Source: Lingula anatina (Eukaryota > Animalia > Brachiopoda). From it: a stretch of 64,000 nucleotides of DNA. Of this stretch, positions 49,501 through 62,514 are shown piece after piece (within the stretch, counting starts at the first letter, position 1; every line of letters starts with the position of its first letter). Location: assembly GCA_051362555.1 (NCBI GenBank), contig CM120640.1, positions 15,128,001-15,192,000 of the forward strand, read 5' to 3'. The position numbers and the translations under genes are program-made. The notes under the pieces were generated by a model, which was not told the origin of the DNA, made no database searches, and was given only the letters and a program-made list of their open reading frames with translations.

Positions 49501-51140
49501 AACTTATATATTAATTTAGAAAAGTAGACTTAATTTTGATAGCAGAAGCATATTCTGTCGGGGGTTAAATTATTTTCATGACTACCGGGATGGACGAGAT
49601 TGAGGGCAGGGGTAATCCTAGAGAGGGGTGAGAAACGTCTATTGTTCTCGTCAGCGAGGCTGTACTTTTTCAGGATTTGTATGCACGGACAGAAAACTTA
49701 AGTATTGGACGTGGGAACGTTACTAATGAAGCCACTGGTAGTACTAGTAGATATCAGCCTGTAGTCTTGAACAAGCGCCTCGATGACAAGTGAACAGTCG
49801 TCAAAAACAAAAGACCCAGGTGTGGTAGTTCAACTACTGTTCATGCGTGCCGCAACGACCAAACCTAATTGCTCCTCAAGGTCACAAAACAATAACCGGT
49901 ACTGACGGCTAGGCTCGTCTTAATCATATAAGTAGCGCGTTTCCACCCCCTGATTGAGGGAGTCGTCTGTTGTATTCATACGACTCCTACCTGACGAAAA
50001 CGAGGCGCGATACCCGGATGACAGGTAGGCTTACAGAATTTGTGAAAGGGTATGATACTCTTTTATGCGATCTGACACACACCTTGAAAACGGGTAGTGT
50101 GGTCAGATATACCGGTTTATTCTGGACCCGTAGGTGCCGAGTCTGGTAGTTGGGAAGGCCTGAATTGTTTTCCCTGTTTCTTTGCTGTGCAAAATCTCAA
50201 CTGGAGATTTAAGCAGTAAATTTCAGGGGTAAAGTGTATTTAATACTTGTTTGAAGGATTTAATTTAATCAATATAAGATTTATTTGAAAATATTTGTAA
50301 ATAATTGTCATGATAATATAAAACAACCCTTCAAACATGTAGCTAGGGTCAATTAGCATTTTCTCAAGATTGTGTGTATACAAAGTTACCAGTGACGTGG
50401 GTATGAAATATTAATTTGTTGCATATGATAATTACAGTTGCACTATTGAAGAAACGTACTCCAAAGCTTTGGGAAAGCTAGCAAATAAAGCAGGCAATTT
50501 TAGTGCTGTAGGGTAAGTATTTACATCTTTGCACATTACATATGAATAGTTATATTATTTGAGGAACACATTTTTTAATCCAGACAACCTATAATGGGTC
50601 AGAATGCTCAGAATTGATGTTGCTACTTATGTATTTTCAGTAGTCAAACTAAGTGCATTGGCAGTTCATAAATGAATTAATAATTTATTAAGTACTTGTT
50701 GCTGTGATGTCATTGTTGAATTTGACCTTTGATATAATTTAATATCTAATGACTTCATCGTGTTTGAAAAGCATGCAAGAGAAGGAATGTACTATGAAGT
50801 CAGACAATCCCTCTTGCTCTCTTTTTTAGAAAGACTTAAAACATAACAATTGTTCATTTTGGCCAAAAAATGAATTTTGCTGGGGTAAACGACAATTTTC
50901 TGATACTTATCAATGGTTAATAAATCCATTTCTACTGTAGTACATTCAAAGTTAGTGTTTTTTTTTTTTTTTTTCTAAAAAGAGATATATAATCTCTTAA
51001 GAGATTATTACAGACTTTAGCCATATGTGGAGGTCACGAGGTCCGATGAAAAGCACATATTTCAGAATAATTACTTTATCTACTGTTTTTGTTTTTTAGA
51101 ATATATTATATTTCTATGAGTTGTTAACAATGTATTGATT

Positions 51141-51213
<73 letters not shown>

Positions 51214-51570
51214 TATGAAGAGTTTTTATCCCTTAAATATATACGATATGTCACTTTGAGTATTTCCTCCAGTTCATTTATATGGAGAAGACATCATCTT
51301 AAATTCATTTTATCTAACAGGAAACAGCCATATCCTTCTCTGCTTGTATTATTACAGTTCTACTATGTTCAGTAATGTAATTTCTACTTCAGAACCTTTT
51401 CTCCCTTCTGGCAAGCTTTAAAGACTTTAGCAGAAAAACTATCCATCCTGCATGCAGAACTCGTTCATCAGTGGCAAGATTTGATCAAAGAAGTTCAGAA
51501 ATACACAGACACACTCAATAAAAAGCACAAGCAAGTATGTTGCATCCTGCTCAATTTATATTGAATCAAC

Positions 51571-51603
<33 letters not shown>

Positions 51604-52166
51604 AAGTCTTTAATTTTTCCAATCCCTTTCTATATAACCAAGCTTGTATCTGATAGACATGTTACATCCTTCTTAAGTAACTGAATTGTGACCTTTGCTT
51701 TTAAAACTGTTTATTTACTTGGAATTTACATGCAAGGAATTTTTTTTTAAAGAAATGGGAACCATCTTAATTCCTTTAATCTTTGAACATTTTTTTTTGT
51801 TTTGCTTTAAATAGTCCATTTCCCTTTCATTCATTTTAATTCCAGGTTAAAGAAAGTGAAGCTGCCACATCAGAGGTTGTTCAGGCAATACAACAGACGA
51901 TTGTAGCTTTGCATAAGGTAGGTATTGTCTCTTTTTTTTAACTAAGTTTAACTATGGGGATATGTATTGTTAAAAAATTCTTAAACCAATCTTAAGATCA
52001 TTTTAATGGATATGATGATGCTGGTGAAATGAAAGGTTATGTATGCAAAAAAATTTTGTTGAAGCTTGTAGTAATTCTGAAACCAGTAATTTTATGCTCT
52101 CAAACATCTTTTTAATTTTTTCTATCATCTATTAAAATCTAGGTACTTGAATTAGTTGTAAAATAT

Positions 52167-52239
<73 letters not shown>

Positions 52240-54080
52240 TAGTGACAGGCCCAGCTAAGCATGTGCATAAACATTCGTTTGGATGTAATATGCAATACAG
52301 CTGTTGTTATATTTAGACAATTATTTTATTGACTTTCAGTCCAAAGAAACATACCAAGCAAGGTGTTTAGATTATGAAAAATTAAAGCGAGAAAATGCTG
52401 CTCAAAAGGATATTGAGAAGGTAAACAGAAAGTTTAGCTTGCCTATTCTACAGTGACTCAAGTAAACAACTCTGTATTAATATTTGGTGTACATGGGGTT
52501 CATTAATGCTTGAAGGGTTTTATGTCTGCATCACTTTTGCTGGGATTATATTTCCAAATGCAAGAAAATACATGTTCTTGTTTTTTTTTTTTTTATTCCA
52601 GGCAGAAGTCAAATTTAAGAAAGCTAGTAAGTAATTTGTTTATTTCGTTTATTGACACCAGAACATTTTATCAGTCTATTATTTAAAGGATTTAGGACAT
52701 TGTAGGATATATTAAGCTAACATGCTGTATTGGTAGAGGGCTTGCTTCCTTTTGCATTTAAATACAACTTTGATTTTTCCTTTTCTTTGTTACAGGTGAA
52801 GACTATAGAAGTTTTGTAGAGAAGTATGCCAATATAAGAAATGATTTTGAAAGCAAAATGACAGATTCTTGTCGGGTAAGTTTACAATGTACATTTTTAG
52901 TTTTAATTTTATTTTCAGCTTAAGTCTTTAGAGTTGTTGTCTCAGTATCTTAATATTTGATTTAATGTACCATTATGATCTGAAGTTTTTGTTTCCTATT
53001 AATAGCGATATGATAGACAAAAGAAATAGTTATTGTTCTTGTGAGTAAAGGGCTTAATCTTTGAATGTCATATTTTTCTTATTAATTAATTATATTTTTT
53101 TACAGAATTTTCAAGAAATAGAAGTAGAATATTTATCAAAAATGAAAGATTTCATAGACAGTTATGCAAGGGCCCTTGGAGATCAGCATGTGAAAAAAGG
53201 GGAGGTAATTACTAGACACGAAATATCATTTTGCATGAAGTAATTTGCAGATACTGAACATCAACAATTATTAAGCTGTAAAAAAGAAGGTTATGTTCAA
53301 ATCTAAGTATGTTTAAATATTAAATATTGTAGCCATTTAATGTGTGTTTTGTCTGTAGGTTCAAGAAGAATTTCGAAATAGCTGTTGTGATTTGGCAGTG
53401 GAGAAATTATTAGAGACTTTTATTGAGGGTAAAAGTACAGGTCAAGAAAAGCCAGGTAGGGAGAGATTCCTTTTATTCAAAAGTGAATAAAAGAAAAAAA
53501 TGCTTGTTCTCTTAAACTAATTCACAAAATCTTAAAATGTTTTGGTATTTCCTGAGCTTTGCATGTCACTACAGGGGCTATTTTTTCTATAATATGCTTT
53601 TGTTGAATACTATTCCTGGGTCTTGCTAACATTATGTTAATCTAAATAGTTCATAAAATTGGCATGAGCCTAGTTTATGGTTTCCTTAATACTGAAATCT
53701 GTCTGTCTTCTGGTAAAAGCTATCATCATCTGGGATGAAGAAGCAGGTATAAGATGTTGTAAAACAGGGTTTTCTTTTTTGTTAGTAATTACTCAGCTTC
53801 CAAAATAGAAAATTGGATAGAAGTTCATTGTTTGTGTTTTTGCATGTTAAAAAGTCAGACCTATTTTACCTTTACTTTTTTTACCGTCATTTACTCTCTA
53901 TTTATTCATTTGGTAGAAGTAAGAGACATTTTTGTCTTCTGTACTGTAAAAGTTTTAATGTTGTATCTTTGCTTGATAAAGTACATCTTACTCACCATTA
54001 TGTATGTGTTAGATTAATCAGATCATTCGAGTCATGAAAAATATTTGATATTGTTTGTGATATTCATGGTGAAAGCGTAA

Positions 54081-54130
<50 letters not shown>

Positions 54131-57100
54131 TGTCACAGTCTGGTTTGTCTGATGTGAAATAGCTGTTAGTGATGAATATTAAACAAGATGTCAGTGATTG
54201 TAGATCATTTCTGATATATTAAAATATTAAATATGCTGGATGATATGGTGTACTTTGATAATTTTAAAACATGCTTTGAAAGATTAAGGTACATGTTTTG
54301 ATTATTGCTTCTAGGTCCCATAGAATTTGAAGAGGCAGATCTGTCTAGTTTGCCACCCCCTGCCGCCTCACCAGACTTGTCAGAAAAACGGGAGAGTATA
54401 GAAAAACAGAGAAAAGAAGGTAAGTATGGTGTCCCAAGTTCTGATAAGTACTGTACTGAAGAAAAAATCAAAGGCACTGTCAGCAATAATTAATGAATTG
54501 TAGAAAACTGATTAGATTTATCAGATGTGAAGTACCATTAATACATAGCATCTTGTTTATCCCAATAGCTAAAAGATAATAGTTTACATATAAATTCTAT
54601 AGATATAGGTAAAAAGTATAGTTTGAATGTTGATAAGTGAATGCTTAGATCAAATTATAATCCCTAAATATCAACTAAGCTTTGTTGGTGTGTGAATTGC
54701 CTAATTTCCCCCACTGTTTGTAGTAATTGTTTTGTACTGTTTTTTCCTAGATGTTTTCATGCAGATCACAGATAACATCACAGGTTATTTCTTTTCTTCC
54801 CCACTGGTCAAAGTTTGGACACCTAATTCCCACTTCATGTCTGATATCCTGAACATGTCAGCCTCTTGCTTCTCCCGCTTTATGCTTTATATTATTGATT
54901 TATTTATTATTATTTTTTAATCAATTATTGTATTTTTTTTTAATAACCTTTACACTTAATGTGGTGTTTTAGGAAAGTAATTGTTTTTTATTTAGTTTTT
55001 GATTTTACATGTATACATCTTTTTTTATAAGAAAGGTGATAAAATGGAAATGGGGGGAAATGCAGGAGGTTGAAGTGTAAGGATCCAATTATTTAGATAT
55101 AGCTTTCTGCATGGAATGGAGGGTAATACCAGAGAGCGGTGCTGAAATATTGCACATTTGTCTTATTTTTTTATATTCATTTTTGAATGCCTTTTGTTTA
55201 GAATGGTGCATTTATGTGTCCCATGTTCCAGTCATTATAATATATTATCTTTCCATAACTAAGGTGGTGATCTTCACTAAAAGGTAACTTCCCTGCCCCT
55301 GCTTGTATCACCTGTAGGCAGTAACCCTGTACACAGGCCACTGATTTGTGGCGCTACCATTAAGGCATGTCTCCTGTTCCTTTCAGAAACTGCTAGCAAC
55401 CTGGCAGACTCCAAAGAGCGTGGTTTGAGTAGGAGCCAAAAATTCCTACGGTTCTCACGAAGATGTATAACAATCCTTAACACATCTCTTTTTAACCCAG
55501 TAAAATTTACAAAGTGGGGAGCACATCATGAGTTTCAGCAAAATTATGTTGAATTTGTAGAGCAGAATTCTGCAGTGTTATGACATATGACTCAAGTTTT
55601 GGCACAAGTTGAGACAGCCTCACATTCTTCTGAACCTCTTTCAGTTGTTGTCTCCCTTCATTGTATTTGATTGTTGTGCTGTATAGTTTCCCTGTCACAA
55701 ACCATTTCATTCAGCCTTAGCACTCTCTTTGCATAAGGCAAATAACAAATGAGCTAATTAACACAGTTTGATTTAAAGCTCAGTTGTTTTCATTTATTTT
55801 TACTGGAAAAGAGTTTTTTGAAGGTCAATATATTGTCGTCATATGAGAACGACATTGTTTATGTTCCTAATACAGTATTTACTTTATGTACTAAATCAAG
55901 ATGGACTTTTACTAGACTACAGGGAGAGGGCATGCATGTTGGCAAGGATGTAGTTCTCAAGGCTTTTTCACTGTCTGCTTTTCCCGCTGGGACTGGCTTT
56001 ATGTTCAGTTTCTTTTAATTCGTTTATTCAGTTTTTCTCAAAGATTTGTCAAACAATATAAAGTTAAGTTTAATTGCTTTCACAACATGCTTCTTGCATG
56101 TGGCACCAGCTGTTAAAATGAAATTGTGTAGAAATTAAAAAATATTTCAATTATTGCTGTGATTTTTGAACAAGTGAACTTAAATCTTACATTGCTGTGG
56201 ATTTTTTGTTTTTCTTTACTTGCTGCTTACTTCAATTATCAGATGCATCAGTCATTGAATGGATAGTTTCTAGATTTAAAAAAAATCAAACAAGATAAAA
56301 CTGCTAATAAAATTGAATACAAGTATGTACAAATGGCATTCTCTATTTTACTCTCTCCGAAATGATGATATCTCAATTTACTCTACAGATATGTTTATTT
56401 GGTACAAGAAAGTCGGTTTGATCTTGTGAACTGCATATAACATTAGCCTCACCTATGCTGCCAGACCCTGCAGAAGTGGTAATTTACAGTGGCAATCTTG
56501 TGCCATATGCGGTAGTTTTACTTAACACAACATGATCCTCCTGGAATTTACTGACTGGGTTCATTTCAAGAAACTAATGATTTCAGTACTTTTGTTTTTC
56601 AGCCACTGTAATGAAGATTCAGTCACTGATGCATTTGGTGTGGAGACTGGACATGTAGATTAGTTCTGTTTCATATGTAGTGTTTGTCTTTTTGCTGTTT
56701 TTTTACTCTAATTGTAATTGTATCTGTGTTATAGGGTTGTTTAACAAAAACAAAAAGGAAAAGACAAAGACTAAGAAGAAGAAAAAGAAAGGAAAGAAAG
56801 GAGAAGATTCAGAGTAAGTGAATTGTGAATAAATTATGATGGAATTTTGTAGAATGTGATATTAAATGGACAAGAGTAATTTGCAATAATTTTCAAGTAT
56901 CTCTTCACATGAGTATGAGATTTGGATAACAATGAATTTTCTCAACTTCTAGGGAACAGAATGAACAAAATGAACAAGGAGAAGATGCCGTGGTAAGTGT
57001 CTACTAATCAAAACAAAACAAACTCTAGATCTAATACAACCCTGGCTGTTTAACCCAAATGAATGTTCTGTAAAATTGAAATTATTTTGCCAAGCAAGTA

Positions 57101-60100
57101 CTCGAAAGTATCATTTTACTTTAAGATGTAGTTACCTTCTTAACTTTTAGTTTTAATAAAAGAGTTGGTGCCACAGGTGTTATATCTTCTTTGCTATAGC
57201 ATGCTCCTGAGGTGGATGAAGAGGGCTTCAGGATTAGGCCAGAGGAGGCACCTGCAACAGAAGACAAAGACGGTTGGTTTTCAAGCTCAGAATCGGAGTC
57301 AGATCATGAGGATGAAAAGCGTAAGATCAAAGTTGAGATCAGGCCTCTCGGCACAAAGGGTCCAGCAGCCACTGGCACTGTGGAAGATATTAGAGCATCC
57401 ATGGGGAATTTAAGGTTGTCCCCTACAGCTTCTGTAAGTAGAATCTCCATGTTAAATGACATTAAACTAACTTGACCAAATATGTTACTTTTTTTAGGCA
57501 TATAATAATGGGTTTGAAATATTTTTACCTATCAGCAGTTTTCAAGCAACAGTTGTTAATGTGATAATAACATTGGTTTCAGTTGGCAGCTTTTTGCAAA
57601 TACTAAAACAGGTAAAAAGTTATTGTTATTCCACCACATTACATTACAGAAGAGGCGGAGTGCAGCAATGGAAAATGGAATGAAACGATCACAGTCAGTC
57701 TCAGAAACTATGCAGTAAGTAAAAGCTGTTGAATATGATTAGTACTGCAAAGTTAAGTAAATGATAGATGTTGTAAATGTCTGGAATGTATAGGCACATG
57801 TTTGGGAACATGCTGTGCAACAAATGGATGTTAAATGTAAAATTCCAGGTTTACCCTAAACAAAAACAAAACAATGATTTACAAGATTAAAGAAAAACTT
57901 GGTAATTTGTTTTGCTACTGTAACAGTACATCAGACCCACATATCCTCATCATGTTTTTATTTTCAGTGTGAAGAAACAAACCAACAGTGTAGTGGATCT
58001 GTTAGACATAGACTTTAACCCCTCGTCAAGTGCATCAACACCTACTGGTGGCAACTACAGCTCATTTCCCTCACCTTTATTACCAGGCAGCACCACAGGG
58101 GAGAGCTCAGCATCTACCACTCCTGTCACGGCTACAGGTACACCCAAGTTTTAATGCCAGTTTTGATTAATAGGCATGTTCATCTCCTTGTTTGTTTTCA
58201 GTTGAATGAGACTGTTTCAAAATGTCTATAGATCTTAACTGACATATTACTAAACAGAATAGATAGCACTTTTAACATCAATTTGACTATTGTTATTCAG
58301 TGGATGAAAACTGGTGACAAGAAGCTAGGGATAATAAGCATTTTCATCCTATTGATTATCATAAAAAATTTGTATCACATTGACCCTTTGCTGTATGACT
58401 CTTATCAATCTCGGTTCTTTAGGAGAGGCCTTCGGACCAGCAAGCTCAGAGAGCTCTCCAGCTTTATCAACAAGGCCAAGGTCCAACACACCATCAGGCA
58501 GCTTGGATGGTACATCAGTGATACCTGGCCCACCAACAGGAAGGCCAAGGTCCAACACCCCGTCAGGCAGCCTAGATGGCACCACGGCAATCCCAGGCCC
58601 ACCTCCAAGGCCCAGGCCAAATACTCCATCGGGCAGTTTAGATGGGGCACCTGCCTTGCCGGGTCCGCCTGCACCAAGACCAGTACCTAGAACTAAGCCA
58701 GGAGCTCCTCAGGTGAGGAGTTTTGTTTTTATAAAAGCCTTTGTCATAAATATTTTGTTTGAATGTTTAATTGGAAAACAAAGGCTGTGATTTTTTTAAG
58801 AAGTTTGCACCCTTATGTTATTTTGTTATTTTTTTCTTAGTTTGCTATTTAATTCATACTTTTCACTTTGGAGAGTCTTTTAGACATTTTGTGTCTGGCT
58901 TGGTGACTTGATATGTGTAATTCATATTCATCATTATGTCATAAAATGTTTAATGTACATATCTTAAAATATATAATATGTGAGATAGGAAGGTAAACAA
59001 TATATTTCCTATGGCCTCTAGGTTTCTAACAGACCATCTGGGATGATAAGTCCAGCATTTGGCAGGATAGACAGCCAGGGTAGTTTGTCTTCAGCCACTT
59101 TCAACACCACGTCAGCCCCAGTGGGAGCCTCCAGGGGGCCAAGTCCTCTCACCATTGGGCTCTCAGACACCATTCCATTAGCTATAGCTTTTACAGAAAC
59201 TGTCAATGCATATTTTAAAGGCTCAGATGAATCACGGCAAGTTTCTCTCTCTTTCTCTCTCAGTGCTCAACATTTAAGGAATATCTCTTTTTTTTTCCTC
59301 ATTGCAGATAAAGGTAAAATACGTGGCATTGGCAAGTGACACACTTTCTCAGATGTGAAATTTGATAGTATAATTTAATTTGGCCTTCTGTCTTTCTGGA
59401 TTCAGGTGCTTAGTGAAGATAACAGGAGACCTCATGATGTCTTTCCCTGCTGGTATTGTGAAAGCCATCATGGATAACCCTGCCCCAGCAGTTTTGTCAT
59501 TTAGAATAAAAAATATCCACCAACTAGAACAAGTCATATCAAATAAGCAACTAGTGACAGAGTAAGTGTTGACTTACATATGATAAAACATTGACTATTT
59601 TTTTCTAAACAACCTTAAGGGGTTTGATATGGTTGGATACATACATCTTACCTTTATGGGTGATCGTTTTACATTTAAGGAAAAGAGATTTTTATGTAAT
59701 AAAATTTATTTATTTTTGTTTACCATTCCTTTTCCAGAACATATTGAAAAGTTCTTATATATATATTTAGATATATTTATTTTATGTATCATTTATTTTT
59801 CTTTTTGGTAAATTTTTGCAGGGAACCCACAGACAACATATCACGGAGTTCATTGTATTCTTTCAATATGTCTGCACTGGCAGAACATCTGAAAATGCAA
59901 TCAGAGACAAACAAATCAGCCTCCTATTTCAACATTGATATCCTTAAATATCAGGTGAGACATCTTTCATAAAAGTATACTTTAAAACATAAATGTAGGG
60001 GAAAATGTAACTATCTTTGTAATAGTTGCACAGTTATTTCATTTGTTGTAGGTTCTAATATTTGGCACATGTGTTAACTGCAGATTGTATTTTGTATGAG

Positions 60101-61094
60101 TGAGACTGTTTGCAATAGAATAAAAGAATTATAAAAACATTTTAGATACCCAGATATTCTTAATTATTGTTAACCAGGTGAGAACCTTACCTGGTGTGCA
60201 GAGCACCCCTCTTCAGATAGTCACCTACTGGAAGTGTGAGCCATCGTCTACAGATCTCCGTGTAGACTACAGGTACAATGGTGCTGCTATGAGCAAGCCA
60301 TCTCCTTTGACAGGAGTGTCAGTGGCTGTGCCAGTAGATGGAGATGTGCAGTTAATGCAGTCTATTCCTCCTGGGACTTGGTAAGTCATCACATTAAACT
60401 TTTTGAGACAGCTAGGATTTTGTAAGTGTATTCGCTTTTCTTTTGTTTTATCAGTGAATGTGCATGTCCAAGGTTAGATTAAAGGAAGTATGCTATGATG
60501 TTATTTCTGTATTTTTTAATTTTTTATTTATTTGTTTTAATTTTTGCTAATGGACAGTGACCTTATGTCTTAAAATTAAAATTTGAAACTGCTGACAAGA
60601 TGATCATTAGTAATCTCCCTGTTGCTCAATTTCAGGTCACAGGAACACAAACGTGCCATGTGGAAACTGAATGAAATCTCTGATATGGGGGAGGATGGAG
60701 GGACGGGGAATCTAAGGGCTAAATTTGAACTTGCCGATGGACCAAGTTCACCAGGTGCAGTGGCTGTGCAGTTCTCCTGTGAAAATACCACTATATCAGG
60801 AATTGACTTTGAACTAAGTGGAACAGGATACAGGTTATCTTTGTCCAAAAAGCGATTTTCATCAGGTATATATATTTTTTTACAGAAAATGCAGTTAATA
60901 TATATTCAGTCTTGGTTAAATTTTAAAACACATTAATTCTAGTTCAACTTTTTGAAATGATTGTCAATACAGTACAATATGTTATACTCTTACCTATATT
61001 TCAGGAATTTATAAAAGATGCCTAAATAATATGTACATTTTCTTTTTTAGGTAAATATTTAGCAGAGACTGATTCTGAGGTTAGATATGTATAA
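43576..61094 (+). CDS. FCHO2: F-BAR domain only protein (FCHO1/2, muniscin), 23 coding exons, about 917 aa
   Basis: Exons 43576-43602, 47880-47971, 50438-50512, 51393-51534, 51846-51917, 52340-52420, 52602-52626, 52796-52875, 53106-53204, 53359-53455, 54315-54419, 56735-56813, 56953-56992, 57200-57433, 57650-57714, 57968-58137, 58423-58712, 59022-59236, 59406-59561, 59822-59954, 60178-60380, 60636-60865, 61051-61094 (2754 nt). Motifs: [26 protein letters not shown] (F-BAR), [10 protein letters not shown] (AP2 activator), [10 protein letters not shown]...[12 protein letters not shown] and [15 protein letters not shown] (muHD). Confidence 0.95.
44561..44959 (+). mobile_element. HINE-like family 3 element
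   Basis: CTAGAAAAGCACTCAGAGAGTGCAGACCTCCGCCAAGG start, (ACAG)n tract, end hairpin ACCTCCTTGGCAGAGGT. Confidence 0.75.
45191..45410 (+). mobile_element. Short MITE-like repeat (family of 38222-38432)
   Basis: Collinear similarity with 38222-38432. Confidence 0.6.
46204..46749. mobile_element. PIF/Harbinger-like MITE with about 165-bp TIRs
   Basis: TAA|GAGCGCATTCTCAACGAATTAAGCC ... GGCTTAATTCGTTGAGAATGCGCTC|TAA. Confidence 0.9.
49194..50162. mobile_element. Non-autonomous TIR element with 5-bp TSD (hAT5-like?)
   Basis: AATTG|CAGGCCTTCCCAACTACCAGACTCGG ... CCGAGTCTGGTAGTTGGGAAGGCCTG|AATTG; about 110-bp TIRs. Confidence 0.88.
50840..51232 (+). mobile_element. Degenerate Kolobok-like MITE
   Basis: Collinear with 41721-42055; right end GAAGAGTTTTTATCCC|TTAA. 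Confidence 0.7.
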
Positions 61095-62177
61095 AACCAA
61101 CACCATTGTGCACAAGAAACAGATTTTTTTACTCCTTGCTTATGTAGGAAAAAATTCAGCAATCTTTCATATCTAGTCAGGGAAACAGGCGCCAAATTTC
61201 TTTTTGGAAGCAAGCAAAAGAACAGTACTATACCAAAGATTGAAATTTTGGTGCAATTTCAAGAGAAAGCCCTGGGATACTGCATTACATTTGAATTAGA
61301 TGCATGACACAGATGAATGAGAGAGCAGCATATAATAGAATTTATGTCAGAATATATTTAGTTTTAAGGGCCTTCATGTATTCATTAAATCATTATTTTT
61401 AGTCCATCATTATCATTTCATATCTCACAAACTCCCAACTTAGATATTATGTGGAAAAAAATGACACCTAGACATTTAAACCCTTTTAATATAGAATTTA
61501 AAGAATTTAATATTTTCAGTCTCTGTTTATAGTAAGAAGTTATAAAAAAACTATTTATGCCACTTTTGATTTCTAATTGTGTAAATTGATGAGGAGCTTG
61601 AAGAAAAGGCCAGGTTGAAGTTGCCCCAAACACTACTGGTTTGGGTTCACATTGGGATTTAAAATTTTAGCCAAATGCTTGATATACTTGTTTTTGCAAA
61701 GGAAGTTATTTTCATCAAATTTATTATTGATTGAATTAAAAAGTACCTGATGTGGCCCCAGTGATTAGTTCATGTTTTTATTTAACATTCCATTGTAAAA
61801 AAAACAACAGGTTTGATTGATATGTAGGATGTGATTGCTCATTGACATATATTTAATGTGTTTGGGTCAATGAAAAGTACCTTTGCCAAATTATAGAAGT
61901 TCTGCTCATTGAGTTTTTTGGATTTGTTAGAATTTTGTGTTTTATCTGTTCTATCAACTTTTGTCCCGTAACGTTTGTGTATTCATGTTGATTTCAAACA
62001 GCAATTCCTTGGTGCTTAGAAACGTCCATGGGCATACTGTTACTGATGGTTTGTCTTCAGCTTATCAGACCAGAAAGATGAAAAAATCCTTTACTTTTGG
62101 ATGTTTTGTGTGTCCTTGGCAGGTCATATATATATATTTTTTTTTCAATGAAGCATTGATTTGTATCATATCCTTAA

Positions 62178-62514
62178 AGGGATAATAACTCTTCGTATGA
62201 GACCTATATTTCACGATAAAAACCTTGTGAATAACTCATAGAAATATAATATATTCTGTTTTACCACAAACACAGCAGTTATAGCTTTTATTCTGATATT
62301 TGAACTTGTCTTTAGACCACGTGACCTCCATTGATGTCTATACTCTGTTAAAATCTCTTAAGAGATTTTAACAAAAAAACAAACTTTTTAGAAAAAAACC
62401 AGGGACTAACTTTGAATGTAAAAATGGATTCAATAAGCATTGGTAAGTATGGAAAAATTGTTGTTTACTCCAGGAAAATTCATTTTTTGGCCGAAACGAA
62501 GAGTTATTATTGCT
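62178..62514 (-). mobile_element. Kolobok-like MITE downstream of the FCHO stop codon
   Basis: Reverse complement of 41721-42055; TTAA|AGGGATAATAACTCTTCG start. Confidence 0.8.

Noticed and set aside
58301-58313. FCHO micro-exon TGGATGAAAACTG
   Set aside because: 13 nt would break the frame; 58137>58423 already joins in phase
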